DNA of 64,000 bases, from positions 20,860-84,859 of the forward strand of contig CAVEXR010000005.1 of assembly GCA_963619585.1 (NCBI GenBank), given 5' to 3'. Numbering within the stretch: position 1 is the first letter of the stretch; each line of letters opens with the position of its first letter. Positions 25,996-36,406 of this stretch are shown piece by piece. Source of the DNA: Azospirillum sp. CAG:239. Lineage in GTDB: Bacteria > Bacteroidota > Bacteroidia > Bacteroidales > Paludibacteraceae. A program made the translations under genes and the position numbers. The notes under the pieces were generated by a model, which saw only the letters and a list, made by a program, of their open reading frames with translations, had not been told where the DNA came from and searched no databases.

Positions 25996-26032
25996 CGACA
26001 ACGCCCTTACCAAATTGGCAAGGGCGTTGTCG
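25996..26032. terminator. bidirectional hairpin between the convergent ftsZ and dedA genes
   Basis: cgacaacgccctt-accaaattggc-aagggcgttgtcg gives a 13-bp perfect stem. Confidence 0.6.
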
Positions 26033-26080
26033 TAGTAGAATGGGGCTTATGGCAATACCTATAGTTACAAGCAATAGGCA

Positions 26081-26740
26081 CTATGCTTTCTTCTTGCGGT
26101 AGTACTGCACCGTCTTCTTGATGACGAAATAAACAATTGCCACACCCAGCAGGGCGAGGATAATCACGCTCAACTCGTGGCTGTATTGGTTGATAAGGTC
26201 TGCCTGCCCGTGCGCGATATAGCCCAAGAGTGCCAACACGCAGTTCCACGCAAATGCACCCAAGCAAGTGTAGAGCAGGAACCAACCGAAGTGCATACGC
26301 GCCAAGCCCGCAGGGATACTGATCAACTGCCGAATCCCCGGTATCAGCCGCCCGACAAAGGTACTAACCTTGCCGTGGTCGTTGAAGTACTGCTCTGCTT
26401 TCTGCACTTTCTCGCTGCTCAGCAAGCATAGATGCCCCAATCGGCTGTCGGCGAACTTATAGATAATCAGTCGCCCGAGCCATACGGACAGCCCATAGTT
26501 GATTATCGCCCCAAGCATAGCCCCCACCGTGCCGAACAGCACAATGAGCAGCACATCCACCAAGTAGTTGCCACTCACATGCAGCGGGCTTGTCGGGTCG
26601 GCTGCCACATAGACGGCGGGCGGGATAACCACCTCACTCGGGAACGGAATAAACGATGACTCAATCGTCATCAACGCCGTGATAGACGCATAGTTCATGT
26701 GTGCGGCATACCACGCCGTTACGCTCTCTACAAAGTTCAT
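26081..26740 (-). CDS. dedA: DedA-family (VTT domain) membrane protein
   Basis: ALMTIESSFIPFPSEVVIPP...GRLIPGIRQLISIPAG. Confidence 0.8.
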   Translation of the reverse strand: MNFVESVTAWYAAHMNYASITALMTIESSFIPFPSEVVIPPAVYVAADPTSPLHVSGNYLVDVLLIVLFGTVGAMLGAIINYGLSVWLGRLIIYKFADSRLGHLCLLSSEKVQKAEQYFNDHGKVSTFVGRLIPGIRQLISIPAGLARMHFGWFLLYTCLGAFAWNCVLALLGYIAHGQADLINQYSHELSVIILALLGVAIVYFVIKKTVQYYRKKKA

Positions 26741-26749
26741 AGATCCGCC

Positions 26750-27202
26750 TTATTTAGCGAGTAGTTCGCGTACCTTCGTACTGATGGCTTTGCCCTCGGC
26801 GCGCCCTGCCAACTTCTTGGTTGCCACGCCCATTACCTTACCCATGTCTTGCGGGCTTGTAGCGCCTACCTCGGAAATAATGGCAGCAATCTCCTTCGTC
26901 AGTTCCTCTTCGCTCAACATAGCGGGCAGATACTGCTCAATAATCTTGCATTGCGCCAGTTCGTCCTCGGCGAGTTCCGCACGATTGGCGTCGATAAACA
27001 TCTGCGCCGACTCCTTACGCTGTTTCACCATTTTTTGGAGTATCTGCAACGCTTTGTCGTCATGCAATTCGCCGTCGCCGCCCTTGGCGGTCTTTGCCTC
27101 CAGAAACTCTTTCTTTATACCGCGCAGCGCATCGAGCGCCACCTTATCTTTAGCGAGCATCGCTTTCTTGATGTCCTCGCTCACTTGGTCAAATAGATTC
27201 AT
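26750..27202 (-). CDS. yqeY: GatB/YqeY domain protein
   Basis: MNLFDQVSEDIKKAMLAKDKVALDALRGIK... is a full-length YqeY-like sequence. Confidence 0.8.
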   Translation of the reverse strand: MNLFDQVSEDIKKAMLAKDKVALDALRGIKKEFLEAKTAKGGDGELHDDKALQILQKMVKQRKESAQMFIDANRAELAEDELAQCKIIEQYLPAMLSEEELTKEIAAIISEVGATSPQDMGKVMGVATKKLAGRAEGKAISTKVRELLAK

Positions 27203-27321
27203 AATTGTCTTAGTTTATGTCGCTTACGCTCATACTGTCGTCGTTTGCGCACCTTTCGTAGTTTGTATTTTTGTGTAAAAACAGCGGCGGCAAGGTGTTC
27301 CCATCGCCGCCGCTGATTGGT

Positions 27322-28671
27322 TTAGTGCAAGAATATCAGTTGTGCGAGTACATAGACCGGCAACAAGATAATCAGCGAGAACTTTAACATATAGCCGAAG
27401 AACGACGGCATCTTGATGTTGTTCTCCTCGGCAATCGCCTTGACCATAAAGTTAGGTCCATTGCCAATGTAGGTCATCGATCCGAACATTACCGCACCCA
27501 GCGAGATAGCCTTCAGCAGTATCTCCGGAACACCGGCTACGAAACTCGTACCCTCGAATACGCCGCTCACTACTCCGGCACCGGCAGCAGCCATTGCCTC
27601 GGGCAGACCGCTTGCTACACCGTGGAATGCCACCGCGGTAGGCGTGTTATCCAAGAACGACGAGAGCGCACCCGTTGCGTAGTAGAACTGCCATGGTGCT
27701 GTCAAGCCGAGGCTCGCCGCATTGGCTTTTAGGTATGCCAGCGCAGGCGTCATCGTGGTAAAGATACCGAGGAATAGCACTGCCACCTCGATAATCGGAT
27801 CCCACGAATACTTGTTGAGGTCGAAACGCACCTCTTTCTTGGTGGTAAAATAACTCAGCAGCGTCAGGGCTACCAGCACAATCTCACGCAGGAACTTCAC
27901 CCAGATTGGCGCATCTTCCTCGCCCATTTGGGGAATAAAGCCCTCATTGATGAATGCCACGCTTAGGATAACGCCCAGCAGGTAGAGGAAGTTAATGCTA
28001 CCTTTCAACTGCATAGGCACTTTCTCGCGTGCGTCAGCACTCAGCGCCGTCCAGTCCTCTTTCTTGTAGAAATAGGTATCCATGCAGAAGTAGATGATCA
28101 GCAGCAGACCGCCCACAAATGCCCACTCAGGCAGCAGGTGCAAGAACCATGTGAAACTTGCGCCACGCAAGAAGAGCATAAACAATGGGGGATCTCCGAG
28201 CGGTGTCAGCAGACCACCGCAGTTCGCTACCAAAGCGATAAAGAACAGAATGGTATGTACAGTATGCTTACGCTGTTGGTTCGTCGTTATCAACGGACGA
28301 ATCATCAACATCGCAGCACCTGTCGTACCCATCACACTCGCCAGCACCCAGCCGAGAGCCAGAAGACCGGTGTTCACAATAGGCTTTGCTTTGATATCAC
28401 CACTGATATGAATACCACCAGTGATAACAAAGAGCGCCAACAACAGAATAATAAATGGGATGTAGTCAAACACTACCTGATGTTCCAGGTCGTGCGCCAT
28501 ACCGCCCATTACGAGGCATACAGCGGTGGGGATACCCAACACGAGTGAAACAATCAGTTTGTTGACATTCTTCTCCCAGAACTTCTCTGCCACTATCGGA
28601 CCGATAGCGATCGCAAGCAGCATAATACCGAACGGTATCATACTCCACGCGCTATGCACAAATTGTTCCAT
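27322..28671 (-). CDS. ArsB/NhaD-superfamily ion transporter (sodium:proton antiporter-like)
   Basis: A roughly 12-TM protein with LTPLGDPPLFMLFLRG and GNGPNFMVKAIAE motifs. Confidence 0.65.
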   Translation of the reverse strand: MEQFVHSAWSMIPFGIMLLAIAIGPIVAEKFWEKNVNKLIVSLVLGIPTAVCLVMGGMAHDLEHQVVFDYIPFIILLLALFVITGGIHISGDIKAKPIVNTGLLALGWVLASVMGTTGAAMLMIRPLITTNQQRKHTVHTILFFIALVANCGGLLTPLGDPPLFMLFLRGASFTWFLHLLPEWAFVGGLLLIIYFCMDTYFYKKEDWTALSADAREKVPMQLKGSINFLYLLGVILSVAFINEGFIPQMGEEDAPIWVKFLREIVLVALTLLSYFTTKKEVRFDLNKYSWDPIIEVAVLFLGIFTTMTPALAYLKANAASLGLTAPWQFYYATGALSSFLDNTPTAVAFHGVASGLPEAMAAAGAGVVSGVFEGTSFVAGVPEILLKAISLGAVMFGSMTYIGNGPNFMVKAIAEENNIKMPSFFGYMLKFSLIILLPVYVLAQLIFLH

Positions 28672-28903
28672 AAAAAGAAATTTTGTCAGTTAATTTTTTA
28701 GTTTATATTGGTTGTCGTTGTTTCTACTTTACGAATTAGGATGCGTGGCGCAATCACATTTCTCCTGCTCGCTGACGCTCACGAAAAATAAAAAAATCCC
28801 TAACTCAATTTTTCCTTTTTTACCCATTTTTTCTATTTTTCTTGCCGCGTATGCGGCATAGGAAGCATCACCGCCGCCGTTAGATAGCAAATTTTGTGCC
28901 AAA

Positions 28904-30679
28904 TCAGTCTAATTTCAGCACGGCCAAGAATGCCTTTTGCGGAACTTCCACATTGCCTATCTGCTTCATGCGCTTCTTGCCTTTCTTCTGTTTTTCGAGC
29001 AGTTTGCGCTTACGGCTCACATCGCCGCCGTAGCATTTCGCGAGCACATCTTTGCGCACCTGTTTCACCGTCTCACGAGCAATAATTTTCGCCCCTATGG
29101 CAGCCTGTATGGCGATGTCGAATTGCTGACGCGGCAGCAGTTCCTTCAACTTTTCGCACATTTTTCTGCCAAAATCGACTGCATTATCTCGGTGCGTTAG
29201 GGTCGAGAGCGCATCCACTTGCTCGCCGTTGAGCAGAATGTCCAGTTTAACCAGATTCGATGGGCGAAAACCGTTCTGATGCCAATCAAATGAGGCGTAG
29301 CCTTTGGAGATACTTTTCAGTTTGTCGTAGAAGTCGATTACGATCTCTCCCAGCGGCATATCAAATAGCAATTCCATACGGTCGCCGGAGATGTATTCTT
29401 GCTTGACCAACTCGCCTCGCTTCGAGAGGCACAGGGTCATAATCGGACCTATAAAATTACTCGTTGTGATCACGCTCGCCCGAATATAGGGTTCTTCTAT
29501 GCGGTCTATTTCTGTCAGGTCGGGCATACCGGCGGGGTTATGCACTTCCACCATCGTGCCGTCCTTGCGGTATACATTGTAACTCACATTCGGTACGGTG
29601 GTAATCACGTCCATATTAAATTCCCGGTCGAGTCGCTCTTGCACTATCTCCATGTGGAGCAGCCCGAGGAATCCGCAACGAAAGCCGAAGCCCAATGCAA
29701 TGGACGACTCCGGTTGAAAAGTCAAACTTGCGTCGTTCAGTTGCAGTTTTTCGAGGCTTGCCCGCAGGTCTTCATAGTCCTCTGCCTCAATGGGGTAGAC
29801 GCCCGCAAAGACCATCGACTTCACTTCCTCAAACCCCTCTATCGCTTTCTCGCAGGGGCGTGCCACATGGGTAATCGTGTCGCCCACACGCACCTCGCTC
29901 GAGGTCTTTATGCCCGAAATGATGTATCCCACATTGCCCTCCGAGATGGTCTGACGCGGCTGCATATCGAGTTTCAGCACGCCTATCTCGTCGGCGTCGT
30001 ACTCTTTGCCGGTGTTCACGAAACGCACCCGGTCGCCCGAATGCAGCGTGCCGTTAATCACTTTGTAGTACGCAATGATTCCTCTGAAACTATTGAATAT
30101 CGAGTCGAATACCAGGCACTGCAGGGGCGCATCCGGATCTCCTTTCGGGGCAGGAATGCGCTCGATGATAGCATCGAGTATCTCCGGCACGCCGTCGCCT
30201 GTTTTTGCGGAGCAGCGCAGTATCTCTTCCCGCTTGCAGCCGATAAGGTCGATTATCTCGTCCTCCACCTTGTCGGGCATGGCAGAATCCATATCGCACT
30301 TATTCATCACGGGGATGATTTCCAGGTCGTGTTCCAGTGCCATGTATAGGTTGCTAATCGTCTGTGCCTGAACGCCTTGCGACGCATCCACCACCAGCAG
30401 TGCCCCCTCGCAGGCTGCTATCGATCGGCTCACTTCGTAGGAGAAATCGACATGCCCCGGAGTGTCTATCAGGTTGAGCGTGTAGCCCTTGTGTTGCATC
30501 TGTATGGCGTGACTCTTAATGGTGATGCCTCGTTCTTTTTCGAGTTCCATATCGTCGAGCACTTGGTTCTCCATATCTTTCTTGTCCACCGTGCCGGTGA
30601 GTTCCAACATACGGTCTGCCAAGGTACTTTTACCATGGTCGATATGAGCAATAATGCAGAAGTTGCGTATCTTATCCAT
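28904..30679 (-). CDS. lepA: translation elongation factor 4
   Basis: [28 protein letters not shown], and a LepA-specific C-terminus. Confidence 0.95.
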   Translation of the reverse strand: MDKIRNFCIIAHIDHGKSTLADRMLELTGTVDKKDMENQVLDDMELEKERGITIKSHAIQMQHKGYTLNLIDTPGHVDFSYEVSRSIAACEGALLVVDASQGVQAQTISNLYMALEHDLEIIPVMNKCDMDSAMPDKVEDEIIDLIGCKREEILRCSAKTGDGVPEILDAIIERIPAPKGDPDAPLQCLVFDSIFNSFRGIIAYYKVINGTLHSGDRVRFVNTGKEYDADEIGVLKLDMQPRQTISEGNVGYIISGIKTSSEVRVGDTITHVARPCEKAIEGFEEVKSMVFAGVYPIEAEDYEDLRASLEKLQLNDASLTFQPESSIALGFGFRCGFLGLLHMEIVQERLDREFNMDVITTVPNVSYNVYRKDGTMVEVHNPAGMPDLTEIDRIEEPYIRASVITTSNFIGPIMTLCLSKRGELVKQEYISGDRMELLFDMPLGEIVIDFYDKLKSISKGYASFDWHQNGFRPSNLVKLDILLNGEQVDALSTLTHRDNAVDFGRKMCEKLKELLPRQQFDIAIQAAIGAKIIARETVKQVRKDVLAKCYGGDVSRKRKLLEKQKKGKKRMKQIGNVEVPQKAFLAVLKLD

Positions 30680-30851
30680 AGATTTCTATCGTATTATGCG
30701 TGATGTTAATGCGGCAGGATTATCTGTTGCGGCGAATAATATATTGTTCGGGAATTTGGTGTTATGGTGTTACGGCGTTTGGGATATGCGATTTTTGAAC
30801 ATTCTTTGGCACATCCTCCTACGCCTTTTCGAGTGTCCGTTAACCGCGCCG

Positions 30852-30859
30852 CAAAGGTA
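30852..30859 (-). promoter_or_regulatory. -7 box TAccTTTG upstream of lepA
   Basis: The plus strand reads caaaggta. Confidence 0.5.
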
Positions 30860-31011
30860 GTGTTTTTTTTCGACATAACCAAATAGAATGTACATGCCCA
30901 TTCACAATGCACAATAAAAAACACTCAATGCACGAGTCTTCTTTATTCCTCGAAAAGTAAGAAATTACAAAGAAAATAGGCGTTGTATTTGTCACAACCA
31001 TTTCTTTTTTG

Positions 31012-31019
31012 TACCTTTG
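31012..31019 (+). promoter_or_regulatory. -7 box TAccTTTG
   Basis: ttttgtacctttgcagc lies 19 nt before the ATG at 31038. Confidence 0.55.
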
Positions 31020-31037
31020 CAGCGATTTTATACAATT

Positions 31038-31922
31038 ATGAAGAGAAGTTGGCTAATTTCACTCGTGGTGGCGGTGCTGTATATGTGCTGCACTCTTGAG
31101 GTGTGGGCAGAAGCAAACCCTGCTGCCGACCCTGCAGGATACAACTCATCCGCCATTCGTCGTGCGTCCAAAACCAAATCCTCACGCAACGGCACCTACA
31201 AAGTACGCACTCACAAAGGCTCTTCGTACAGCAAATCGAGTCGCTTACGCAATTCCTCACAACGCAATTATTCGTCTACTGCCAAGCGTTCTGCCGGCGG
31301 CGGACGCTCGAGCAACGGACTTTACTCAACTTCATCCCGATACAAAGAGCAAGGCATTTCGCTCTCGCTCGATATGCTCTACTCCTACGACGACATCGAC
31401 GCTACGGGTGTAAGTACGCGTATTCTCTCCAACTGGACGGGCGGCGGCTCGTTCTCCTACTATGTAGCGATGACTCAGGGCGTAAACTTCCGTGCTACGC
31501 TCGGCTCGGGCTATATCCACGGCGACTATCCCAAACAAGAAGCGGGCAAAGCCTCTTTCTGGACAGTCTATGGCGAGTTGGATGCGGGCGTGGAGTGGTA
31601 TCCGTGGCTCGACTACGGTTTCTATGTCTATGGCGGTATAGGCTGTATGATGAACGCCGTGCATTATACCTACGGCGGAAATAACGAGAAGCCGATTAAT
31701 TGGCTGCCTGTTGTGCCATTGGAGATAGGTTACAACTTCGATATTGACGAGAATTGGCGTATCGGTTTACATTTCGGCGGTCATATCGGTGTGATAGATA
31801 CCCAAAAGAGCAACCTTGATGGCTATCCCAATAAGTACACCGACCCCAAGCCCTCAGGTAACAAAACTCCCGATGGCTATCTTACTTTCGGTATTAACTT
31901 CATCTACCGTTGGAGTAAATAA
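31038..31922 (+). CDS. hypothetical outer-membrane beta-barrel-like protein with a Ser/Arg/Lys-rich N-terminal region
   Basis: Signal peptide MKRSWLISLVVAVLYMC. The C-terminal half has alternating aromatic/Gly beta-strand patterns and ends in FIYRWSK. Confidence 0.5.
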   Translation: MKRSWLISLVVAVLYMCCTLEVWAEANPAADPAGYNSSAIRRASKTKSSRNGTYKVRTHKGSSYSKSSRLRNSSQRNYSSTAKRSAGGGRSSNGLYSTSSRYKEQGISLSLDMLYSYDDIDATGVSTRILSNWTGGGSFSYYVAMTQGVNFRATLGSGYIHGDYPKQEAGKASFWTVYGELDAGVEWYPWLDYGFYVYGGIGCMMNAVHYTYGGNNEKPINWLPVVPLEIGYNFDIDENWRIGLHFGGHIGVIDTQKSNLDGYPNKYTDPKPSGNKTPDGYLTFGINFIYRWSK

Positions 31923-31937
31923 TCGTTCCGCTTGTGT

Positions 31938-33191
31938 ATGACCAACAAACGGAAAATAATCAACGACCCCGTCTTCGGTTTCCTCTCTATTCCGAACAGC
32001 CTGCTGTATGATGTACTGCAGCACCCGTATATGCAACGTCTCAACCGCATTCGACAGTTGGGGTTATCCTATTTGGTCTATCCCGGGGCATTACACAGCC
32101 GCTTCTCGCACTCGCTCGGGGCAATGCACCTGATGAGTGAGGGTATCGCTGCACTGCGTGCAAAAGGCGTGGCTATCAGCGAGAGCGAAGCAAACGGTGC
32201 GTTGGTAGCAATCCTGCTCCACGACATCGGGCATGGTCCTTTCTCTCATGTGCTGGAGCATACGCTCGTGGACGGCATTACGCACGAGGAGATTTCGCTC
32301 CTTATGATGGAGCAGATAAACAACGACCTCTCCTATTCGGGCGAGCAGCAGATTTGGCAGCAACGCCCGTTGGACGAGGCAATAGCGATATTCCGTGACC
32401 AATACCCCCGCCATTTTCTCCACCAACTCATCTCGAGCCAACTCGATGTCGACCGTATGGACTACCTCTGCCGCGACTCGTTCTTCACGGGCGTGCAGGA
32501 GGGGCGTGTGGCAAGCGAGCGGCTGCTGAAGATGCTGAATGTGGTAGACGACCGCTTGGTAGTGGAGATTAAAGGAATCTACTCCGTTGAGAAGTTCCTC
32601 GTTGCCCGCCGCCTGATGTACTGGCAGGTCTATCTGCATAAGACTTCCGTCGCCGCCGAGCAGCAACTCATTAAAATACTCGCCCGTGCCAAAGAATTGG
32701 CGCAGCGTGGGCAGGAACTTTTCTGCTCGCCCGCCCTACACTATTTCTTATACAACCATATTACGGCAGCGGACTTTTTCCTCGGCAGCGAAGCACTGCG
32801 GCAGTACGCCCTTTTGGACGACACGGATGTGCTCTCTACCATTAAGGTCTGGATGTCGTCGGACGACATCGTCTTGCGCGAACTGAGCATGGCGTTCATT
32901 AACCGCAGCCTTTTCCGCGGGCGTCTGCTCACCGAGCCGCTCAACGAAGAGGAGAAGCAGGTACTCCGTCAGCACTATGCTACGGCGCTGAATATCAGCG
33001 AAGAGGATGCAAACTATTTCTTTGTAGAGCATATATCGACAAGCAATACCTACTCCGAAAAGGACGACTCGATCGATATTCTCTACCAAGACGGTACGGT
33101 GCGGGACATTGCCTCTGCCAGCGAAATACTCGACTTGCAATCCCTCACACGCAAGCCCAAGAAACTATACTTGTTTGAGTTTAGAGGATGA
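31938..33191 (+). CDS. HD-domain phosphohydrolase (SAMHD1/dGTPase-like)
   Basis: NDPVFGFLSIP...RLNRIRQLG...HSRFSHSLG...LLHDIGHGPFSH, in the usual Bacteroidota position before lpxD. Confidence 0.8.
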   Translation: MTNKRKIINDPVFGFLSIPNSLLYDVLQHPYMQRLNRIRQLGLSYLVYPGALHSRFSHSLGAMHLMSEGIAALRAKGVAISESEANGALVAILLHDIGHGPFSHVLEHTLVDGITHEEISLLMMEQINNDLSYSGEQQIWQQRPLDEAIAIFRDQYPRHFLHQLISSQLDVDRMDYLCRDSFFTGVQEGRVASERLLKMLNVVDDRLVVEIKGIYSVEKFLVARRLMYWQVYLHKTSVAAEQQLIKILARAKELAQRGQELFCSPALHYFLYNHITAADFFLGSEALRQYALLDDTDVLSTIKVWMSSDDIVLRELSMAFINRSLFRGRLLTEPLNEEEKQVLRQHYATALNISEEDANYFFVEHISTSNTYSEKDDSIDILYQDGTVRDIASASEILDLQSLTRKPKKLYLFEFRG

Positions 33192-33313
33192 CCTCCCAGA
33201 CCTCCCCTAACCCCTCCAGAGGGGGGGGGGTAGACAAAGACAACAACATAACTAAGACTATAATAACCTGACTATACTCTGTCCCCCCTCCTCCGGAGGG
33301 GCAAAGGGAGGTC
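33190..33313. repeat. inverted pair of GACCTCCCCTAACCCCTCC-loop-GGAGGGG modules flanking a ~52-bp core (MITE-like)
   Basis: gacctcccagacctcccctaacccctccagagggggggggg ... cccccctcctccggaggggcaaagggaggtc. Confidence 0.75.
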
Positions 33314-33330
33314 GGACACTTAATTGCACT

Positions 33331-34353
33331 ATGGATTTTTCTGCACAACAAATAGCCCTGCTCTTGGGCGGAAAACTGTACGGCGACGGCGCACGCACCG
33401 TGAACGATGTCGCCCCGATTGAGAAAGCCACCGAGGGAAAACTATGCTTCCTCTGCGAAGAGAAATACCTGCCCTATCTATCCACTACAGAGGCATCGGT
33501 CGTACTTGTAACCGCCTCGTTGTTAGGGGATAAGACGCCCGTATCGGCAGCCACAGTCATTGCAGTGGAGAACGCACGAGGCGCTATGGCACAACTGCTA
33601 CAACTCGTGGCACAGGCGATGAACCCTGCCCGCAAAGGCATTGAGCAGCCCGCCTACATCAGCGAGGGAGTAAATGTACCCGAGGACGCCTATATTGGTG
33701 CATTTGCGTACATCGGGAAGAATGTGCACCTCGGTAGCGGCGTACAAATTTACCCCCAAGTCTATATCGGCGACAATGTGCGTATCGGCGACGGTACGAT
33801 ACTCTATGCCGGGGCAAAAGTCTATTACAATTGCGTGATAGGCAAGAACTGTATTCTCCATGCGGGGGTAGTCATCGGCGCAGACGGCTTCGGCTTTGAG
33901 CCGGACGCACAGGGCGTGAACCAAAAGATACCACAGATAGGCAATGTTGTTGTGGAGGACGATGTGGAGATAGGGGCCAACACCACTATCGACCGTGCTA
34001 TGATGGGTAGTACCCGCATCCATACCAACGCCAAGTTGGACAACCTCGTGCAGGTGGCGCACAATGTGGAGGTGGGCGAATCGACTTTCATGTGCGCACT
34101 GGTGGGTGTAGCGGGTTCTACCAAGATAGGCAGCCATTGTATCCTTGCCGGTCAGACTGGCGTAGCAGGGCATATCGAGATAGCAGACCGCTGTGTCTTC
34201 GGGGCGCAGACGGGCGTAGCAGGCTCGGTGCGCAAGCCCGGTATGTACCAAGGCTCGCCTGCCATCGATGCCATGAATTGGCGTCGCTCATCGGTAGGCT
34301 TTAAGCAATTGCCTGACCTGATACGCAAGGTAAACGAAATGGAGAACAAATAG
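33331..34353 (+). CDS. lpxD: UDP-3-O-acylglucosamine N-acyltransferase
   Basis: Left-handed beta-helix hexapeptide repeats with a conserved LpxD N-terminus. Confidence 0.9.
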   Translation: MDFSAQQIALLLGGKLYGDGARTVNDVAPIEKATEGKLCFLCEEKYLPYLSTTEASVVLVTASLLGDKTPVSAATVIAVENARGAMAQLLQLVAQAMNPARKGIEQPAYISEGVNVPEDAYIGAFAYIGKNVHLGSGVQIYPQVYIGDNVRIGDGTILYAGAKVYYNCVIGKNCILHAGVVIGADGFGFEPDAQGVNQKIPQIGNVVVEDDVEIGANTTIDRAMMGSTRIHTNAKLDNLVQVAHNVEVGESTFMCALVGVAGSTKIGSHCILAGQTGVAGHIEIADRCVFGAQTGVAGSVRKPGMYQGSPAIDAMNWRRSSVGFKQLPDLIRKVNEMENK

Positions 34354-34386
34354 GACCTCCCCTAACCCCTCCAAAGGAGGGGGTGG
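34354..34386. repeat. GACCTCCCCTAACCCCTCC-aaa-GGAGGGGG hairpin module
   Basis: It starts on the nucleotide after the lpxD TAG. Confidence 0.8.
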
Positions 34387-34459
34387 CAGAGTCAATATAG
34401 TATATATAGGTAGTACAGAGTAAGTAAGAGTAAGATTACAAACAAAAATTGTCCCATCT

Positions 34460-35359
34460 ATGAAACAGCATACACTACAACAATCCTTTACGCTTTCGGG
34501 TAAGGGGCTGCATACGGGGCTGAATATCACTGCCTCGTTCCTGCCCGCTGAGGCGAACACGGGCGTACGCATGCGCCGTATCGACCTGCCGGGTCAGCCC
34601 ACCTACGAGGCAGTGGCGGACTATGTCAGCGCTACCGAGCGCGGTACAGTGCTTGAGCATGGCGCGTGGAAGATCTCCACGGTCGAGCACGCTCTCTCTG
34701 CTCTCTACGCATTGGGCGTAGACAACTGCTTGATAGAACTCAATGGTCCCGAGATGCCTATCCTTGACGGCAGCGCCAAACTCTTCGTCAAAGCCATTCA
34801 GCAGGCGGGGCTGCAGGAGCAGGACGCCGAGCAGAAGGTCTTTGTCGTTACCGAGCCTATCAAGTATGTGTCGGAGCGAGGCAACAGCCTTTTCCTTGTG
34901 CCCTCTGACCACTACGAGGTAGAGGTAACGGTCAGTTACCCCACAGGCTTGCTGCGTGAGCAACACGCCTCGTTGGACAACCTTGCCGACTACCCGCACG
35001 AGATAGCCGCTGCCCGCACCTTCTGCTTTGTGCGTGAGATAGAGCCGCTGTTGCGCATGGGGCTTATCAAGGGCGGCGACCTGCAGAACGCCCTCGTCAT
35101 CTACGAGACCCAGATGTCGCAGGAGGGCTTAGACTATATGACCGAGCGTTTGGGTGCGCCGCACTTGGACGCTACAAAACTCGGCTACCTCTCGCCGCTG
35201 AATTATCAGAACGAGCCGTCTCGCCACAAGTTGCTTGACTTGATAGGCGATATGTCATTGCTCGGTTGCCGCATACAGGGCAAGTTGATTGCGCTCCGCC
35301 CAGGGCATACATTCAACACCCAGTGCTGCCGCCAACTCCGCAACAAAATCATTCAATAA
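34460..35359 (+). CDS. lpxC: UDP-3-O-acyl-N-acetylglucosamine deacetylase (stand-alone, no FabZ domain)
   Basis: FTLSGKGLHTGL...STVEHALSAL...ILDGSA...; 299 aa ending in RPGHTFNTQCCRQLRNKIIQ. Confidence 0.88.
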   Translation: MKQHTLQQSFTLSGKGLHTGLNITASFLPAEANTGVRMRRIDLPGQPTYEAVADYVSATERGTVLEHGAWKISTVEHALSALYALGVDNCLIELNGPEMPILDGSAKLFVKAIQQAGLQEQDAEQKVFVVTEPIKYVSERGNSLFLVPSDHYEVEVTVSYPTGLLREQHASLDNLADYPHEIAAARTFCFVREIEPLLRMGLIKGGDLQNALVIYETQMSQEGLDYMTERLGAPHLDATKLGYLSPLNYQNEPSRHKLLDLIGDMSLLGCRIQGKLIALRPGHTFNTQCCRQLRNKIIQ

Positions 35360-35424
35360 GTTGAACAACAATTAAAGACAATTGAACAACAATAGAAACA
35401 AATAATTTCGATCCGACTCAAACA

Positions 35425-35454
35425 CCCCCTCCTTTGGAGGGGCTTTGGGAGGTC
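35425..35454. repeat. hairpin module in reverse orientation (CCCCCTCC-ttt-GGAGGGG CTTTGGGAGGTC)
   Basis: ccccctcctttggaggggctttgggaggtc, just upstream of lpxA. Confidence 0.8.
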
Positions 35455-35468
35455 TAATACTACATATT

Positions 35469-36245
35469 ATGACGCAACCATTAGCATTTATCCATCCGGA
35501 AGCCAAAATAGACCCCACTGCACAAATAGGGCCGTTCGTATTCATTGACAAAGATGTCGAGATAGGCGCAGGCACTATCATCGACGCCAACGCCACTATC
35601 TGTGAGGGCGTGCGTATCGGCAAGAACTGCCATATCTTTCCCTCTGCAGTCATCGGTGCCGTGCCGCAGGACTTGAAATTCCACGGCGAGAAGACCTATG
35701 TCTATATTGGCGACAACACCAACATCCGTGAGTGCGCCACCATCCATCGTGGTACGGCGAGCAAGGGCAAGACCGTAGTGGGCAGCAACTGCCTGATTAT
35801 GGCGTACTGCCATGTAGCACACGACTGCTTGCTCCACGACCATATCATCATGTCCAATGCCGTGCAGTTGGCGGGCGAGGTGGTAGTCGAGGATTGGGCT
35901 ATCATTGGCGGCGGCACGCTCGTGCATCAGTTTACGCACATCGGCGGTCATGTCATGGTGCAAGGCGGCTCTAAGGTGAATAAGGACATCCCGCCGTATG
36001 CTATCGCCGCGCGTGAGCCGATTTCCTACTGTGGTATCAACTCCGTGGGGCTGAACCGACGCGGCTTTACCCGCGAGCAGATTGCATCCATTCAGGACAC
36101 CTACCGCCTACTCTATATGTCGGGACTGAATGTGAGCCAAGCCGTAGAGCAGATTGAGGCCACTGTGCCGGAAACTCCGGAGCGCAACACGATACTCGAT
36201 TTCGTAAAGGCCTCCCCCCGAGGAATAATACGAGGCATAAACTAA
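35469..36245 (+). CDS. lpxA: acyl-ACP--UDP-N-acetylglucosamine O-acyltransferase
   Basis: MTQPLAFIHPEAKIDPTAQIGPF... with hexapeptide repeats. The ATG at 35469 is preferred because the longer ORF runs into the repeat module. Confidence 0.88.
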   Translation: MTQPLAFIHPEAKIDPTAQIGPFVFIDKDVEIGAGTIIDANATICEGVRIGKNCHIFPSAVIGAVPQDLKFHGEKTYVYIGDNTNIRECATIHRGTASKGKTVVGSNCLIMAYCHVAHDCLLHDHIIMSNAVQLAGEVVVEDWAIIGGGTLVHQFTHIGGHVMVQGGSKVNKDIPPYAIAAREPISYCGINSVGLNRRGFTREQIASIQDTYRLLYMSGLNVSQAVEQIEATVPETPERNTILDFVKASPRGIIRGIN

Positions 36246-36406
36246 AGGGGACTGCTATAAATTCCCCAAAATTAGACAGCGTAAGAACAGGGTAACATCA
36301 GGGGACGAACAGGGAAAAAGCAATGTGGATACAATGAGGATACCCTATGTATGTACTATGTATGTAAAAATCATAATTCGTAATTTATAATTCATCATTA
36401 GCAACA

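Noticed and set aside
28860-28885. The hairpin gccgc-gtat-gcggc as the lepA terminator
   Set aside because: The T-rich run lies on the wrong side for a minus-strand transcript and the stem is only 5 bp.
29399-30349. Long antisense ORFs opposite lepA. Others of the same kind lie at 36398-37174, 56636-57523, 58443-59183, 59666-60529, 60432-61352 and 61448-62086
   Set aside because: Each lies opposite a confidently identified gene and has no recognisable motifs. These are treated as shadow ORFs.
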